Shown piece by piece: positions 40,763 to 50,285 of a stretch of 64,000 nt of DNA. The position numbers were made by a program, and so were the translations under genes. The DNA comes from a virus. The notes below the pieces were generated by a model. The model saw nothing but the letters and a program-made list of their open reading frames with translations. It made no database searches and was not told the origin of the DNA. Each line of letters begins with the position of its first letter. Position 1 is the first letter of the stretch. The DNA lies in the IMG/VR virus record IMGVR_UViG_3300044617_001156, one strand, 5' to 3'.

Positions 40763-41210
40763 TACTCTCAAGAAGTATAAAGTCAGAAAGTCTTATTTGA
40801 AAAGAGAAGTCTTTCATCAGGCAATCGCAGTTGCTATGGCGTCTGATGCTCCAAAGAAGATGTCTGCTGTACTTCTAGACAAGAGAAATAAAGTAATCTC
40901 TACGGGTCTTAACTCTTATGAGATTACACATACCCAGCAGTTTTATGCTGCCGTTATGGCTGCAAAGAAGTATAGGCAACCAAGTCTGAAGAAGAAGATA
41001 TACTTGCACTGTGAAATCAACTGTTTGTTAAAGGCACGAAAGCAGGGTAACAAACTGATTATCTGTAGAATTGGAGGACACGGAGGAAACGAACTTAGGG
41101 ACAGTTTCTGTTGTCCTATATGCTACTTGTATATTAAGCAAAACTGCCCTACAATCAAAGAAATTCATTGGAGTACAAACGACCAAGAATTTCTATACAT
41201 TCAAATCTGA
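40755..41210 (+). CDS. Zinc-dependent deaminase-fold protein
   Basis: HCE (HxE) and CCPIC (CxxC) motifs with the cytidine-deaminase spacing; STGLN. Confidence 0.7.
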   Translation: MIDTLKKYKVRKSYLKREVFHQAIAVAMASDAPKKMSAVLLDKRNKVISTGLNSYEITHTQQFYAAVMAAKKYRQPSLKKKIYLHCEINCLLKARKQGNKLIICRIGGHGGNELRDSFCCPICYLYIKQNCPTIKEIHWSTNDQEFLYIQI

Positions 41211-42926
41211 TAAAATGATTGATACTTCACTATTCCCACATCCAGGTCATCCAATCAGGTTAGAGTTTGGTGAGAAGAAAAATGGTACAATCTGTTGGTT
41301 CTCGTGTGAGGAACACTTAAAAAGATATCTAACCAGATATGGGTTAGATGAGAAAAAAGTAAAAATTGATTATCGTGATGAAAAACCAAAAAAGCGAACA
41401 AGAAAGGCAAAACCAAAAACTTAATCTTGTTATTGCCTTGACACAAGTTGAAAGTCTTGTTAAACTATTGGAGGGTAATGAGTATAAAAAGCACTTTTAC
41501 CAACACCTAATCCCCATACAAGTTGAATTGAACCGACAATTAAGTCATTATGGATAAAAAGTTTTACGATGATGATGCGTTCTATGTTGAGCGCAAACGA
41601 TGGGGCACTTGGCAATCTCACTATCCTGATGGTAAGGGTATTATTACTTCACTGACTGAAGAACTTTGTATTTCTGCAACACGATGGTATCTTAAAGGTC
41701 TTCAGGAGGGTTTTGATAAAACGCAATCTTATTCCGGAGAAGTCGGCGGAAAACTCTAAATATGTGTGCCTAACACACATCTAATGGAAGATTTTAAGGC
41801 AGGAGATCGTGCAATCTTCATTGGTTGCATTGATGAACAAGTTTCCTGGGGTTCTAATGATGATCCTAGGAAAGTAATGATAGAGGGAGACATCTACACG
41901 ATTGAAAAGGTAGAACCTCACTCATATCACACGAAACTTTATTTTCGTGGAATAAAAGGTAAATTTAATTCTGTTTGTTTTAAAAAGTATGACTTTAAGA
42001 ACTTTTGTAGATAAGAATGGTAATTCCTGGGAATGGGAAGAAACGCCTGAGACCATTGAAGCACTGAAACAACTTCATCAAACTGTAAAACAAAATGAAA
42101 ATCCGATTGAACCCAAACCAGCAAATGTGGGCTAATGTATTCTCCTGTGCGGTGAGAAGGTCTAATGAATGTTTTGAAGAAAAAGACCTTGACCGCCACG
42201 CAAGAGAACATACAACAGTCGTATTAGCACTCCAAAAAGGTGAAGAGTTTTGGCGTGAATTATTATGAGTGATACTGACCCCACATCTCCCTGGTATGAA
42301 TTTATTTCATACTGTCGCTGCTGTGAGAGTTTAGGTGTCCCTATTCGCTTACAATCGTTTATGCGCTATCAGCAGTATTTGAAGGAGATTGGTTTGGTAT
42401 GATTAGTAAGTTTATTCAATGGTTTATCTCTCCAAATGAAGAACCAATTATTGAAGATATCTATTCCAAACTCATTGAACTACAAGAACGCATTGAAGCA
42501 CTTGAAGTAGAGAATGTAGAGAACAGTAACTGCTTCTATGAACTTTCGAGTTCCATTGATGCTGTTGATGCACGTATAGATATCATTACTGTTGAAGGAT
42601 TTAAGAACGATGTATGAAAATTTATCACAATATGAACGAGCACTCGCAAGGTTTGGTGATAAAGTGGGTCTCATTGCAGGACTTGAAATCGCACATAAGA
42701 TGTCACCAGAAGATGCTTATCAACAAATCAAGGAACTTTACAAAGAACTTAAGAAACTCCGTAAGAAAGAAAGGAGAATCTGGGGAAACACTGGAATCGG
42801 GACTACGAAAGTGCTCTAACTGTGAGGAAATAAAACCACTTGACGAACAGCACTATCAACGTGTAAAATACTTCCGTGATGGTTTCTCTTACTACTGCCA
42901 CGACTGCTCTAAACCCAAACCAAGAA

Positions 42927-43493
42927 ATGACTGACTTTGATTACAAAAAGTATTCTCTTGAAAATCTAGAGAATTGGCTTCATGATGCGATGTCTTCTGG
43001 TGGAGCAACACCACATGAAATCTATGATGTAATTGTTGGTGTAGTAAAAGAAACCCACGAGCATCATAAACAAGAAGCAGAACAGGCAGAAGAACTTCTT
43101 AATCTTCTGAATAGTGGTTGGACTAAGGAAGAAGTTCTAAAGGATAGAGAGTACTATGAACCTTCAGGTACATTTACTTTCTCATCCTGTAGTGCTGATG
43201 ATACTTCGCCCGAATGTATGACTTCTTGGAATGATTTCTGGAGTGATGATAAGATTACATCCATTCACAATACAGAAGACGGAGACTTATTCGCTCACAA
43301 TGAAGATAAGGTAGTTAAGTGGCGTCTTCCTGTAGAGGTTGATAGTGTGAGTGGTGAGTATTATTTCACTCTACCTGAAGACCTGTTAGAGCAAACTGGA
43401 TGGAAAGAGGATGATGCTCTTCACTGGGTAGATAATGGGGATGGGTCATTTACACTTGAAAGGGTAGAGGAATCCGAAGAGACAGAACTCTAA
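42927..43493 (+). CDS. Protein with C-terminal AbrB/SpoVT-like DNA-binding domain
   Basis: YFTLPEDLLEQTGWKEDDALHW...GSFTL; start reassigned to the ATG at 42927. Confidence 0.6.
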   Translation: MTDFDYKKYSLENLENWLHDAMSSGGATPHEIYDVIVGVVKETHEHHKQEAEQAEELLNLLNSGWTKEEVLKDREYYEPSGTFTFSSCSADDTSPECMTSWNDFWSDDKITSIHNTEDGDLFAHNEDKVVKWRLPVEVDSVSGEYYFTLPEDLLEQTGWKEDDALHWVDNGDGSFTLERVEESEETEL

Positions 43494-43529
43494 TAATTTG
43501 ATAAAATAATAATAGCAATTTAAAAACTC

Positions 43530-43754
43530 ATGGCTTTATCCGAAAACGTTAAATCAGAACTTCAAGAAGCAAAGGGACATCTTCGCACTGCTCTCCGGAA
43601 CGCAGCTGTAAATGAGAAAAGTTTTGTTGCTAAAAACATTGCTGATATGATTTTCAGTCTTGATAATCTGGAACAAACTGAAGAACTTATGGATAAATTA
43701 GAGAACCGCAAATCAGGCGATAGTGGTATGTTCGGCACATTCTTTGGAGAGTGA
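43530..43754 (+). CDS. Hypothetical protein
   Basis: Coherent helical ORF, MALSENVK..L.EA..HLR.AL. Confidence 0.65.
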   Translation: MALSENVKSELQEAKGHLRTALRNAAVNEKSFVAKNIADMIFSLDNLEQTEELMDKLENRKSGDSGMFGTFFGE

Positions 43755-43854
43755 ATTGTCTTAACACTTTGTAACACTAATCTAAAGTGAATGTTAAGAA
43801 ACGCACATAATTATCTACATAGTGGTAGAATGACTGAGTATCAAGGGATAACTT

Positions 43855-44019
43855 ATGACTATTCAACGAAAGCAATCTGGTAATTTGACTGATGTTGAAT
43901 TTAATGAGATGGTAGCACTGAAGAATGCAATTAACGACAATCCTGCTACTGTAGTTCCATCAAAACTTGAAGCATTCACTGAATATCTTGTTCGCAGTCT
44001 TAGGGAAAAAGGTGGTTGA
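43855..44019 (+). CDS. Small protein (54 aa; not in track)
   Basis: MTIQRKQSGNLTDVEFNEMVALKNAINDNPATV..., lying between a promoter and a terminator. Confidence 0.65.
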   Translation: MTIQRKQSGNLTDVEFNEMVALKNAINDNPATVVPSKLEAFTEYLVRSLREKGG

Positions 44020-44024
44020 TTGTT

Positions 44025-44049
44025 AGGAGCACTTCGGTGCTCCTTTTTT
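44025..44049 (+). terminator. Rho-independent terminator
   Basis: AGGAGCAC-TTCG-GTGCTCCT followed by a T run. Confidence 0.9.
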
Positions 44050-44051
44050 AT

Positions 44052-44079
44052 TGGGCCCTGTAAAGTGTCCTAGTAATGT
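44052..44079 (+). promoter_or_regulatory. 28-bp GGGCCC element, copy 2
   Basis: Identical to copy 1. Confidence 0.85.
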
Positions 44080-44094
44080 AAGCACAACACTCAA

Positions 44095-44505
44095 ATGGGT
44101 ACCAGAAGCCGTATCGGCCTCCAACTTTCTGATGGTTCTATCCTTTCCATCTACAGCCATTTCGATGGATATCCCGAGTTCAATGGAGTAAAACTTGTAG
44201 AGAACTTCAATACTCTGGATAAGGTCAAAGAGTTGATTGATCTTGGTGATATTAGTTGCCTCTGGACGAATGTAGGTTGGAGTAATGAAACTCTAGAGCA
44301 GACTGGACCCCTTCCTTATAGTGGTCGCGGTGAAGATTGCCCCCCTCGCCTTGATGCTGACCTGTGTGAGTATCTGCTTCCTGATGGAGCAGAAGAGTAT
44401 CACTATATCTTCCGCAATGGTGAGTGGGTGTGCTACGATATGCACCAGTTTGATAACACTAAACTTCCTGAAGTTGTTGAAATCCCTGTGGAGGTAGCAG
44501 CATGA
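44095..44505 (+). CDS. Conserved phage hypothetical protein
   Basis: MGTRSRIG...IYSHFDGYP family motif. Confidence 0.7.
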   Translation: MGTRSRIGLQLSDGSILSIYSHFDGYPEFNGVKLVENFNTLDKVKELIDLGDISCLWTNVGWSNETLEQTGPLPYSGRGEDCPPRLDADLCEYLLPDGAEEYHYIFRNGEWVCYDMHQFDNTKLPEVVEIPVEVAA

Positions 44506-44902
44506 TTGGACGTTACGTTACTTACACTGTTCTCGGTGCTATGTTTATGATTGGATGGAATGTCTTTCTAATCCAACGCGATGACGCAATGTATAAACAA
44601 TATTATCGTCAGCAAGCAATGGAGAATCTGAAGAAACCACCCTCTACTGAAATCCGATGAGTTTAGCTGTTGGTATCTTTACATACCTGATGTTGATTGC
44701 TTTGGTATCACTGATTATGCTATACTATTTCAAGGTTATTCAACCAAAAGATGAGCGAAAATTTAACACCTGAAGAGAAACGACTTGTATTCAATGCCGT
44801 TCGTTATTATCAAATGCATAAGACATCATTAAATGGTAAGGATTATCAAATCTGCGACGATATTCTCAACCGTTGGTTTGATGAAGTAAAAGTAACGCAG
44901 AG

Positions 44903-45499
44903 TTAGATTATACTGTATCGCTTCAACTCTGTGTAATCAACAGTTCTCATATAGGGCATTTCATATCCACGTATGATGTGTAATTGCCCTGCTACTTCAT
45001 TCCAAGTGTAGTTATGGATTTCTTCTCCTACACTCCTCCAGTGGTAATTGAAACCGCGAAATCCCCACTGATAAACACCTAAAACCTGAATGAGTGGATG
45101 TTGGTCGTAAAACACCTTATTGGTTGATGGTACAACTCTTTCTTTAGATCGATTTCTGATTGTCTTCGCATTGTAAATGAAAGTACAGAACATTCCAACA
45201 TCAGGTATGATTTCAGTATCATCAAAGATATTGATGATTTCCAACATTATTTCCTCTGGGTCTGTAACACCAACTAGGCGTTGCTTCAGCATTTCAACTC
45301 TTGAATTTGATTTGCTGACGACATAATCAGTATCGCTCTTGATGTACTTGATGAGGTTATCTTTGGATAACTTTGTATAATCTGCCGTTAAGTTGCCCTT
45401 TGCACTATCTCTATGATAGACTGTATAACGTCTAGCAATTTGCATCAATTCTGACTTGGAGTATTGCTCTAATGGTTTTTCGTGACCTGTGAGTTCCAT
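44903..45499 (-). CDS. Late protein with a DNA-end-protector (T4 gp2)-like C-terminal part
   Basis: F.YNAKT, YDQHPLI and GFRGFNYHW motifs; minus-strand ATAAATA at 45522-45528. Confidence 0.5.
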   Translation of the reverse strand: MELTGHEKPLEQYSKSELMQIARRYTVYHRDSAKGNLTADYTKLSKDNLIKYIKSDTDYVVSKSNSRVEMLKQRLVGVTDPEEIMLEIINIFDDTEIIPDVGMFCTFIYNAKTIRNRSKERVVPSTNKVFYDQHPLIQVLGVYQWGFRGFNYHWRSVGEEIHNYTWNEVAGQLHIIRGYEMPYMRTVDYTELKRYSII

Positions 45500-45721
45500 T
45501 TTAATCAGAATTTCGTACTGGTATTTATTTTGAACTATGAATGAAAATCAAATGACCGAAGAAGAACTCATGAGTGCAGACCAAGCTTTCTGGGATTTTA
45601 TTGAAGACCAATCAGCAGAACTTGAAGTAACCGCAGATTATTTCATTTACGAATTTCTTATGTGACCTGTTGACGATTTAACTGTTTAGCACTATACTAA
45701 AGGAGTAATTTTCAAATACAA

Positions 45722-45964
45722 ATGGCGCAAAAGTTTCTCTACGTTGTCGATCACTACATTCCTTTTCCCTCTAGTGAATATGGAGGACTTTGGAATGTAA
45801 TTGCTGAAGATGATAATGAATGTTTTGATTTGATTTCATCCGAAGATGATGGAAACTTTTACGAACAACATTATACAGTTCTGAGGGAAAATATCTTAAA
45901 CGCACAAACCTTCGCACTTGCCGAAGATGTAGAGTCCAGTATCGTTGAAAGTTTTACCACCTGA
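45722..45964 (+). CDS. Hypothetical acidic protein
   Basis: PFPSSEYGGLW motif; AAGGAG upstream. Confidence 0.65.
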   Translation: MAQKFLYVVDHYIPFPSSEYGGLWNVIAEDDNECFDLISSEDDGNFYEQHYTVLRENILNAQTFALAEDVESSIVESFTT

Positions 45965-46111
45965 TTATGACTCACCACGTCGCTCACACCAATAAAATGG
46001 TGTTTGATTTGAAGCAAATGTATCAATCAAGGATTTCTCAACTACAAAGCAAAATCACAGAGCAAGAGCAAGAGATTACTAAACTTAATACATTGATTTC
46101 TCTTCTAACTA

Positions 46112-46405
46112 TTGACCGTGAGTATGATTGCTGAGTTTCCACATAAAGCACCGAAAGGGTATTCTTATGAGTTCGAAGAGTTTAAGCGCGGAGTTATTGC
46201 TATATGGCTGCATTGCAGTCGTAAGTTTGATTACAATAACGGTGCGCCAACAAGAACCATCTGGGGGTTTTATAAATCCAAGACCAGAGAATACTTTGCC
46301 CCCATTAACAGCAAGACAATCGGTGTTCGTGTAGACATCAGTGAAACAAGAAACTATACTTCAATGCCTATTAAATATCAAGGAGTAGAAAAGTTCTTTG
46401 TATGA
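46112..46405 (+). CDS. Hypothetical protein (start uncertain)
   Basis: FPHKAPKGYSY..TIWGF; part of a packed operon. Confidence 0.6.
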   Translation: MTVSMIAEFPHKAPKGYSYEFEEFKRGVIAIWLHCSRKFDYNNGAPTRTIWGFYKSKTREYFAPINSKTIGVRVDISETRNYTSMPIKYQGVEKFFV

Positions 46406-46665
46406 GTTACAATCCTCAGGTCAATGACTATGTTGAATGGACCAAAGGTGTTGAAGGATGGGTTTATTTTAGGGACGATGAGTACATTACGATTGAATAC
46501 ATTGTACGTCCTAAAGATAAAGTAAATTATCACGCTTGCCCCATTCACGCAAATGAAAGATTACTTGTAGTTTGTTATAAAGAGGATTGGAAGCAATTAA
46601 AGTATGTTAAATCACGAGGATCAGTCTATGAAGAAGAACAAAACTGCGTGGCGCTGGTGGGCTAA
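46402..46665 (+). CDS. Hypothetical protein
   Basis: ATGA overlap with the upstream ORF. Confidence 0.6.
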   Translation: MSYNPQVNDYVEWTKGVEGWVYFRDDEYITIEYIVRPKDKVNYHACPIHANERLLVVCYKEDWKQLKYVKSRGSVYEEEQNCVALVG

Positions 46666-46922
46666 AGCACTTGGTGAGAAGGCAAGTAAGTGTGATAAGG
46701 AATCCGATAGAGTTGCAATCATTCGCACCTTTATCTTTGTAACGTATTTGATTACTAATGCCTTCATTGTTGCTGGTGTAATTCGTCATTGGAATGATGA
46801 AACTAAAGTGCAAGTTATAATTGATTCTTCAATACTCCCTGAGTATCAACCACCACCACGAAAAGGTATCAATAAACCATTTGAATTTGAATAAAAATAA
46901 ATAATCAGAAAGTGCTGAAGCA

Positions 46923-47279
46923 ATGAAAAATTTTATTCAATTCTCCGAAGATATCCAACAAAGAAGACAAGAACTTCAACAGCGGAGACTGGACCAAATT
47001 CAGGCACAGAAAAAGAAAATTGCATCTCAACAAGAAGCACAGAAAGAAAAGCAACAAGCATCCGCAGAAAGGGAACAACTTAAGCAAGAAATCAAAAGAG
47101 AATTGCAATCAGAGCAAAGTCCTTCAATGGAACCAAACCTCTACAATCAATTGATTGCTAGAAGTCAAATGACTAGAAAGAGAGCAAGAGAAACTCACGC
47201 TCAGAGAGAAATGGAGCGCGAAGCAGGAGCACAGCAGGCACAGAAGCGTGCAGAGATGAAAGCAATTATGAAACGCTGA
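46923..47279 (+). CDS. Putative internal head protein
   Basis: MKNFIQFSE resembles the T4 capsid-targeting sequence; late promoter ATAAATA at 46897-46903. Confidence 0.55.
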   Translation: MKNFIQFSEDIQQRRQELQQRRLDQIQAQKKKIASQQEAQKEKQQASAEREQLKQEIKRELQSEQSPSMEPNLYNQLIARSQMTRKRARETHAQREMEREAGAQQAQKRAEMKAIMKR

Positions 47280-47286
47280 TAAACAC

Positions 47287-47314
47287 TGGGCCCTGTAAAG
47301 TGTCCTAGTAATGT
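47287..47314 (+). promoter_or_regulatory. 28-bp GGGCCC element, copy 3
   Basis: Identical to copies 1 and 2. Confidence 0.85.
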
Positions 47315-47330
47315 AATCACACCACGCATT

Positions 47331-47456
47331 ATGGATTGGTTTGACGACATCCAGGTTGAAGAACTGGAAAACTTTGATTTCATTGAAGAAGATGTGATTG
47401 AAGAGAGTGATAACAAATCATTCAATTCATATCTAAACTCCAACACCGATTATTGA
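47331..47456 (+). CDS. Acidic micro-protein (41 aa; not in track)
   Basis: MDWFDDIQVEELENFDFIEEDVIEESDNKSFNSYLNSNTDY. Confidence 0.6.
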   Translation: MDWFDDIQVEELENFDFIEEDVIEESDNKSFNSYLNSNTDY

Positions 47457-47530
47457 TTACAACAGTGTGACGCCTGAGAAAGCGTCCACTGAACCCCCCA
47501 CTGACCCTGAAACTCCTGTATTTTAATCTC

Positions 47531-47731
47531 ATGAACGAACAAATTCCTAACGTGCTCCCCCACATCCAAGAACTCAAACTTGCCTGGAGGAAACAGGATT
47601 TCGTATTTACTAAGCAGCAACAAGAAGAATACGATTTGCTTCTTGCTACTCGCCGCGAAAGGGTCAAGCAATTCTATGCTGAAGGACGTGTATTCAAGGG
47701 TTCCTATAAAGCAAAGGAAGTTGAAATCTAA
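47531..47731 (+). CDS. Hypothetical protein, probably leaderless mRNA
   Basis: The ATG lies 6 nt after the -10 (TATTTT at 47519) of a long-class promoter at 47467-47524. Confidence 0.65.
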   Translation: MNEQIPNVLPHIQELKLAWRKQDFVFTKQQQEEYDLLLATRRERVKQFYAEGRVFKGSYKAKEVEI

Positions 47732-47760
47732 ATACTAAAAAGTAGTGTTTAGATAGTACA

Positions 47761-48312
47761 ATGCGGACCTTCAATCAATTTATGTCTCTCTGCGAAGCAT
47801 CTGAACCCGATACTGCTAAGAAACTTGGCTGGGGTGGCGGTGCTTCCGTCACTCGCGCAGGTGAAGGTGGGAGAGTAGGTAAAGAACGCAAAAAGACAGC
47901 AGCAGAGTTACGTAGAACGAAAAGAGGTCCTGGTGGTACAACGGTAGCCGCCAAATCATACAAACCACGTTCCGACATTGGAACTCAGCGTCAAGCATCT
48001 ACAAGAGTTCAGCAACCTGAAAAAGAAAGAGGTTCTGCTGCATTATCTGCAAAAGAAGCACAACGCAAAGCATACTTAGAGCGCAAAGCAAGAGAGAGTG
48101 GTGGTGCTACTAAATCTAGAGAACTAGAGAAGCAAGCATCTAAACTTCTTACCAAAAAGAAAGCAGAAGCACCAAAAGGTGAGAAGATTGAAAGAACAAC
48201 CAATCGCGAATATACCCGCGATGAGAAGAAGAAAATGGTAAGAGCTGGTAAGCGTTTGCATAAGGACATTATCAAAGGTAGAGACCTTCCCGCTTCCAAA
48301 TATCAACCCTGA
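47761..48312 (+). CDS. Basic putative internal head protein
   Basis: MRTFNQFMSLCE N-terminus; K/R-rich; late promoter CTAAATA at 47728-47734. Confidence 0.6.
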   Translation: MRTFNQFMSLCEASEPDTAKKLGWGGGASVTRAGEGGRVGKERKKTAAELRRTKRGPGGTTVAAKSYKPRSDIGTQRQASTRVQQPEKERGSAALSAKEAQRKAYLERKARESGGATKSRELEKQASKLLTKKKAEAPKGEKIERTTNREYTRDEKKKMVRAGKRLHKDIIKGRDLPASKYQP

Positions 48313-48402
48313 TTCATCCAATCAACAAACAGTCCACTAGCACTCTCAGATTGACCTCTGGGGGTGCTATTTTAGTCTTTAGATACCAAACCACTGAGAA
48401 CC

Positions 48403-48600
48403 ATGAATTACGTTCAAATCCCTGTTACTACCCTTGAAACTCTGATTGAAGGTCTTCAATCTGCTGTGAATGTGTGCTATAATGTCGATAGCAAAGAACA
48501 GGAAACTGAGAGGTCTTATCCATATGCGGTAGGATATTCTCAGTCCACAATGAAGTGTATCATTGAAGACCTTAAGCGATTGAAACCCCAGAGTGACTGA
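48403..48600 (+). CDS. Hypothetical protein
   Basis: Follows a long-class promoter at 48315-48373. Confidence 0.6.
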   Translation: MNYVQIPVTTLETLIEGLQSAVNVCYNVDSKEQETERSYPYAVGYSQSTMKCIIEDLKRLKPQSD

Positions 48601-48603
48601 TAC

Positions 48604-48631
48604 TGGGCCCTCTAAATTGTCCCTATAGTAT
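48604..48631 (+). promoter_or_regulatory. 28-bp GGGCCC element, copy 4
   Basis: TGGGCCCTCTAAATTGTCCCTATAGTAT. Confidence 0.8.
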
Positions 48632-49927
48632 ATGATGAACCCGATGAAACTCCAACCACGGCCCCATCAAGAACGCGGCGATGCTGCGATGCAGAAATAT
48701 CCTAAGGGTCAGTTGATTTACCCCACGGGCGGCGGTAAGACCCTGAATATGATTATGGATGCTGTGCGTGAGTTTTCCGAGGAAGTTGTCTTTGAAAAAG
48801 AGTATCATCTCGGAGAGTTTGTTGGTGGAACCACAAATCGTAAATTGATTGTTGTAGTTGCTCCACGTATTTTGCTTACAGAGCAGCTTTCTTCCGAGTT
48901 TCTGGAGTTTATCACTAATGCTGCTGTTCTTCACGTACACAGCGGTGAAACTAGTCACAAATCTACCACAAATCCCGATGAAATCGATGAGTGGGTCTGT
49001 GATAATGTAGACAAGCATTGTCTCATCTTCACCACTTATAACTCTCTGGAGCGTCTTCAGGATGCTGATGTTGCAGTGGATACAATATATTTCGACGAAG
49101 CCCATAATTCAGTCAAGCGTAACTTTTTCCCTGCAACTGAGCACTTCGCTGCTGAGGCACGTCGTTGCTACTTCTTCACTGCTACCCCGAAACATTCCCT
49201 TGCTGTAGGTAAACCAGGCATGAATGATTCGGCAGTTTATGGTCAGGTAATCTGCAAAGTTCCTGCTCCTGAACTGGTTGCTGGTGGGTTCATTGTTCCC
49301 CCCAAAGTTATCGTCAAGCAACTGGAGATGGTTCAGGGTAAGCAGACCAACTTTGACCGCGACGCTGAGAATCTGCTGGAAACCATTGACGACAATGAAG
49401 TCAGCAAGATTCTGATTTGTGCTAAGGCAACCAAGCAGATTGTTTCGCTGGTTTCTGAGACTGACTTCTGTTCTGAGTTGGAGTCTCGCGGTTTCTCTTG
49501 GATGTACATCACGGCAAAGACTGGAGCTGTGATTGACGGCAAGAAAGTGAACCGCGAAGTATTCTTCGACACTCTATCTGCCTGGGGCAAGGACAACGAC
49601 AAGAAGTTTGTTGTTCTTCACCACTCCATCCTCGCAGAAGGTATCAACGTCAGCGGTCTGGAAGCAGTTCTCTTCCTCCGCAACATGGACTTCATTGGTA
49701 TTTCCCAGACCATCGGACGTTGCATCCGACTGCATCACGATGACGCCAAAGGTCTTCGCGATGGTAGCATCAAACCAGGCAACCTTGGTCAATACACCAA
49801 GAGTTTCGGTCTTGTCTGTGTTCCGGTGTACAGCAAGGTTGGTATCACCACCGCCAAGGCAGTTCAATCGGTTGTAGACACCATCTTCCAGAAGGGAGAA
49901 CCCGCCATCAGTGTAGTTCGCAGGTGA
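48632..49927 (+). CDS. Superfamily 2 (DExH) helicase
   Basis: PTGGGKT Walker A, DEAH, TATP, EGINV and QTIGRCIR motifs. Confidence 0.9.
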   Translation: MMNPMKLQPRPHQERGDAAMQKYPKGQLIYPTGGGKTLNMIMDAVREFSEEVVFEKEYHLGEFVGGTTNRKLIVVVAPRILLTEQLSSEFLEFITNAAVLHVHSGETSHKSTTNPDEIDEWVCDNVDKHCLIFTTYNSLERLQDADVAVDTIYFDEAHNSVKRNFFPATEHFAAEARRCYFFTATPKHSLAVGKPGMNDSAVYGQVICKVPAPELVAGGFIVPPKVIVKQLEMVQGKQTNFDRDAENLLETIDDNEVSKILICAKATKQIVSLVSETDFCSELESRGFSWMYITAKTGAVIDGKKVNREVFFDTLSAWGKDNDKKFVVLHHSILAEGINVSGLEAVLFLRNMDFIGISQTIGRCIRLHHDDAKGLRDGSIKPGNLGQYTKSFGLVCVPVYSKVGITTAKAVQSVVDTIFQKGEPAISVVRR

Positions 49928-49950
49928 GTCTCACTGAGAATGCAGTGGCC

Positions 49951-49974
49951 ATCAGGGTGAAAACCCTGATTTTT
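49951..49974 (+). terminator. Terminator-like hairpin
   Basis: ATCAGGGT-GAAA-ACCCTGAT followed by TTTT. Confidence 0.7.
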
Positions 49975-50224
49975 CTGCAATTTCACCGCAGACGACCTAG
50001 AACCCATCGACCGCAACCAAATTCACGATTTATTGGAAAGTATAATGAAAGAGGGATTTATTGTCGGCAAAGGTAACTATGCAGCGGTGCCCTATGGACG
50101 ACAACTGATGATTATTCACAATGGAGAGCAACTGAAAGTGTGTAGGACTGAAGCATCAGCAAGAAAATTTATTGACGACCACAAGAAAGGCAAAAGCACT
50201 GCTAAGTTGCCCATTGATTGAAAC

Positions 50225-50252
50225 TGGGCCCTTGAAAGTGTCCCTATAATGT
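50225..50252 (+). promoter_or_regulatory. 28-bp GGGCCC element, copy 5
   Basis: TGGGCCCTTGAAAGTGTCCCTATAATGT. Confidence 0.85.
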
Positions 50253-50285
50253 AACCACCATTCCGTGTCGATCACGGCATATTAA

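Noticed and set aside
48623-49877. Antisense and alternative-frame ORFs within the helicase gene
   Set aside because: They lack RBS or motifs and are explained by the codon bias of the real gene.
49924-50030. Structured RNA or riboswitch after the helicase
   Set aside because: A palindrome (GTGAGTCTCAC) and nested stems are present, but a terminator explains the main hairpin and no known aptamer is recognisable.
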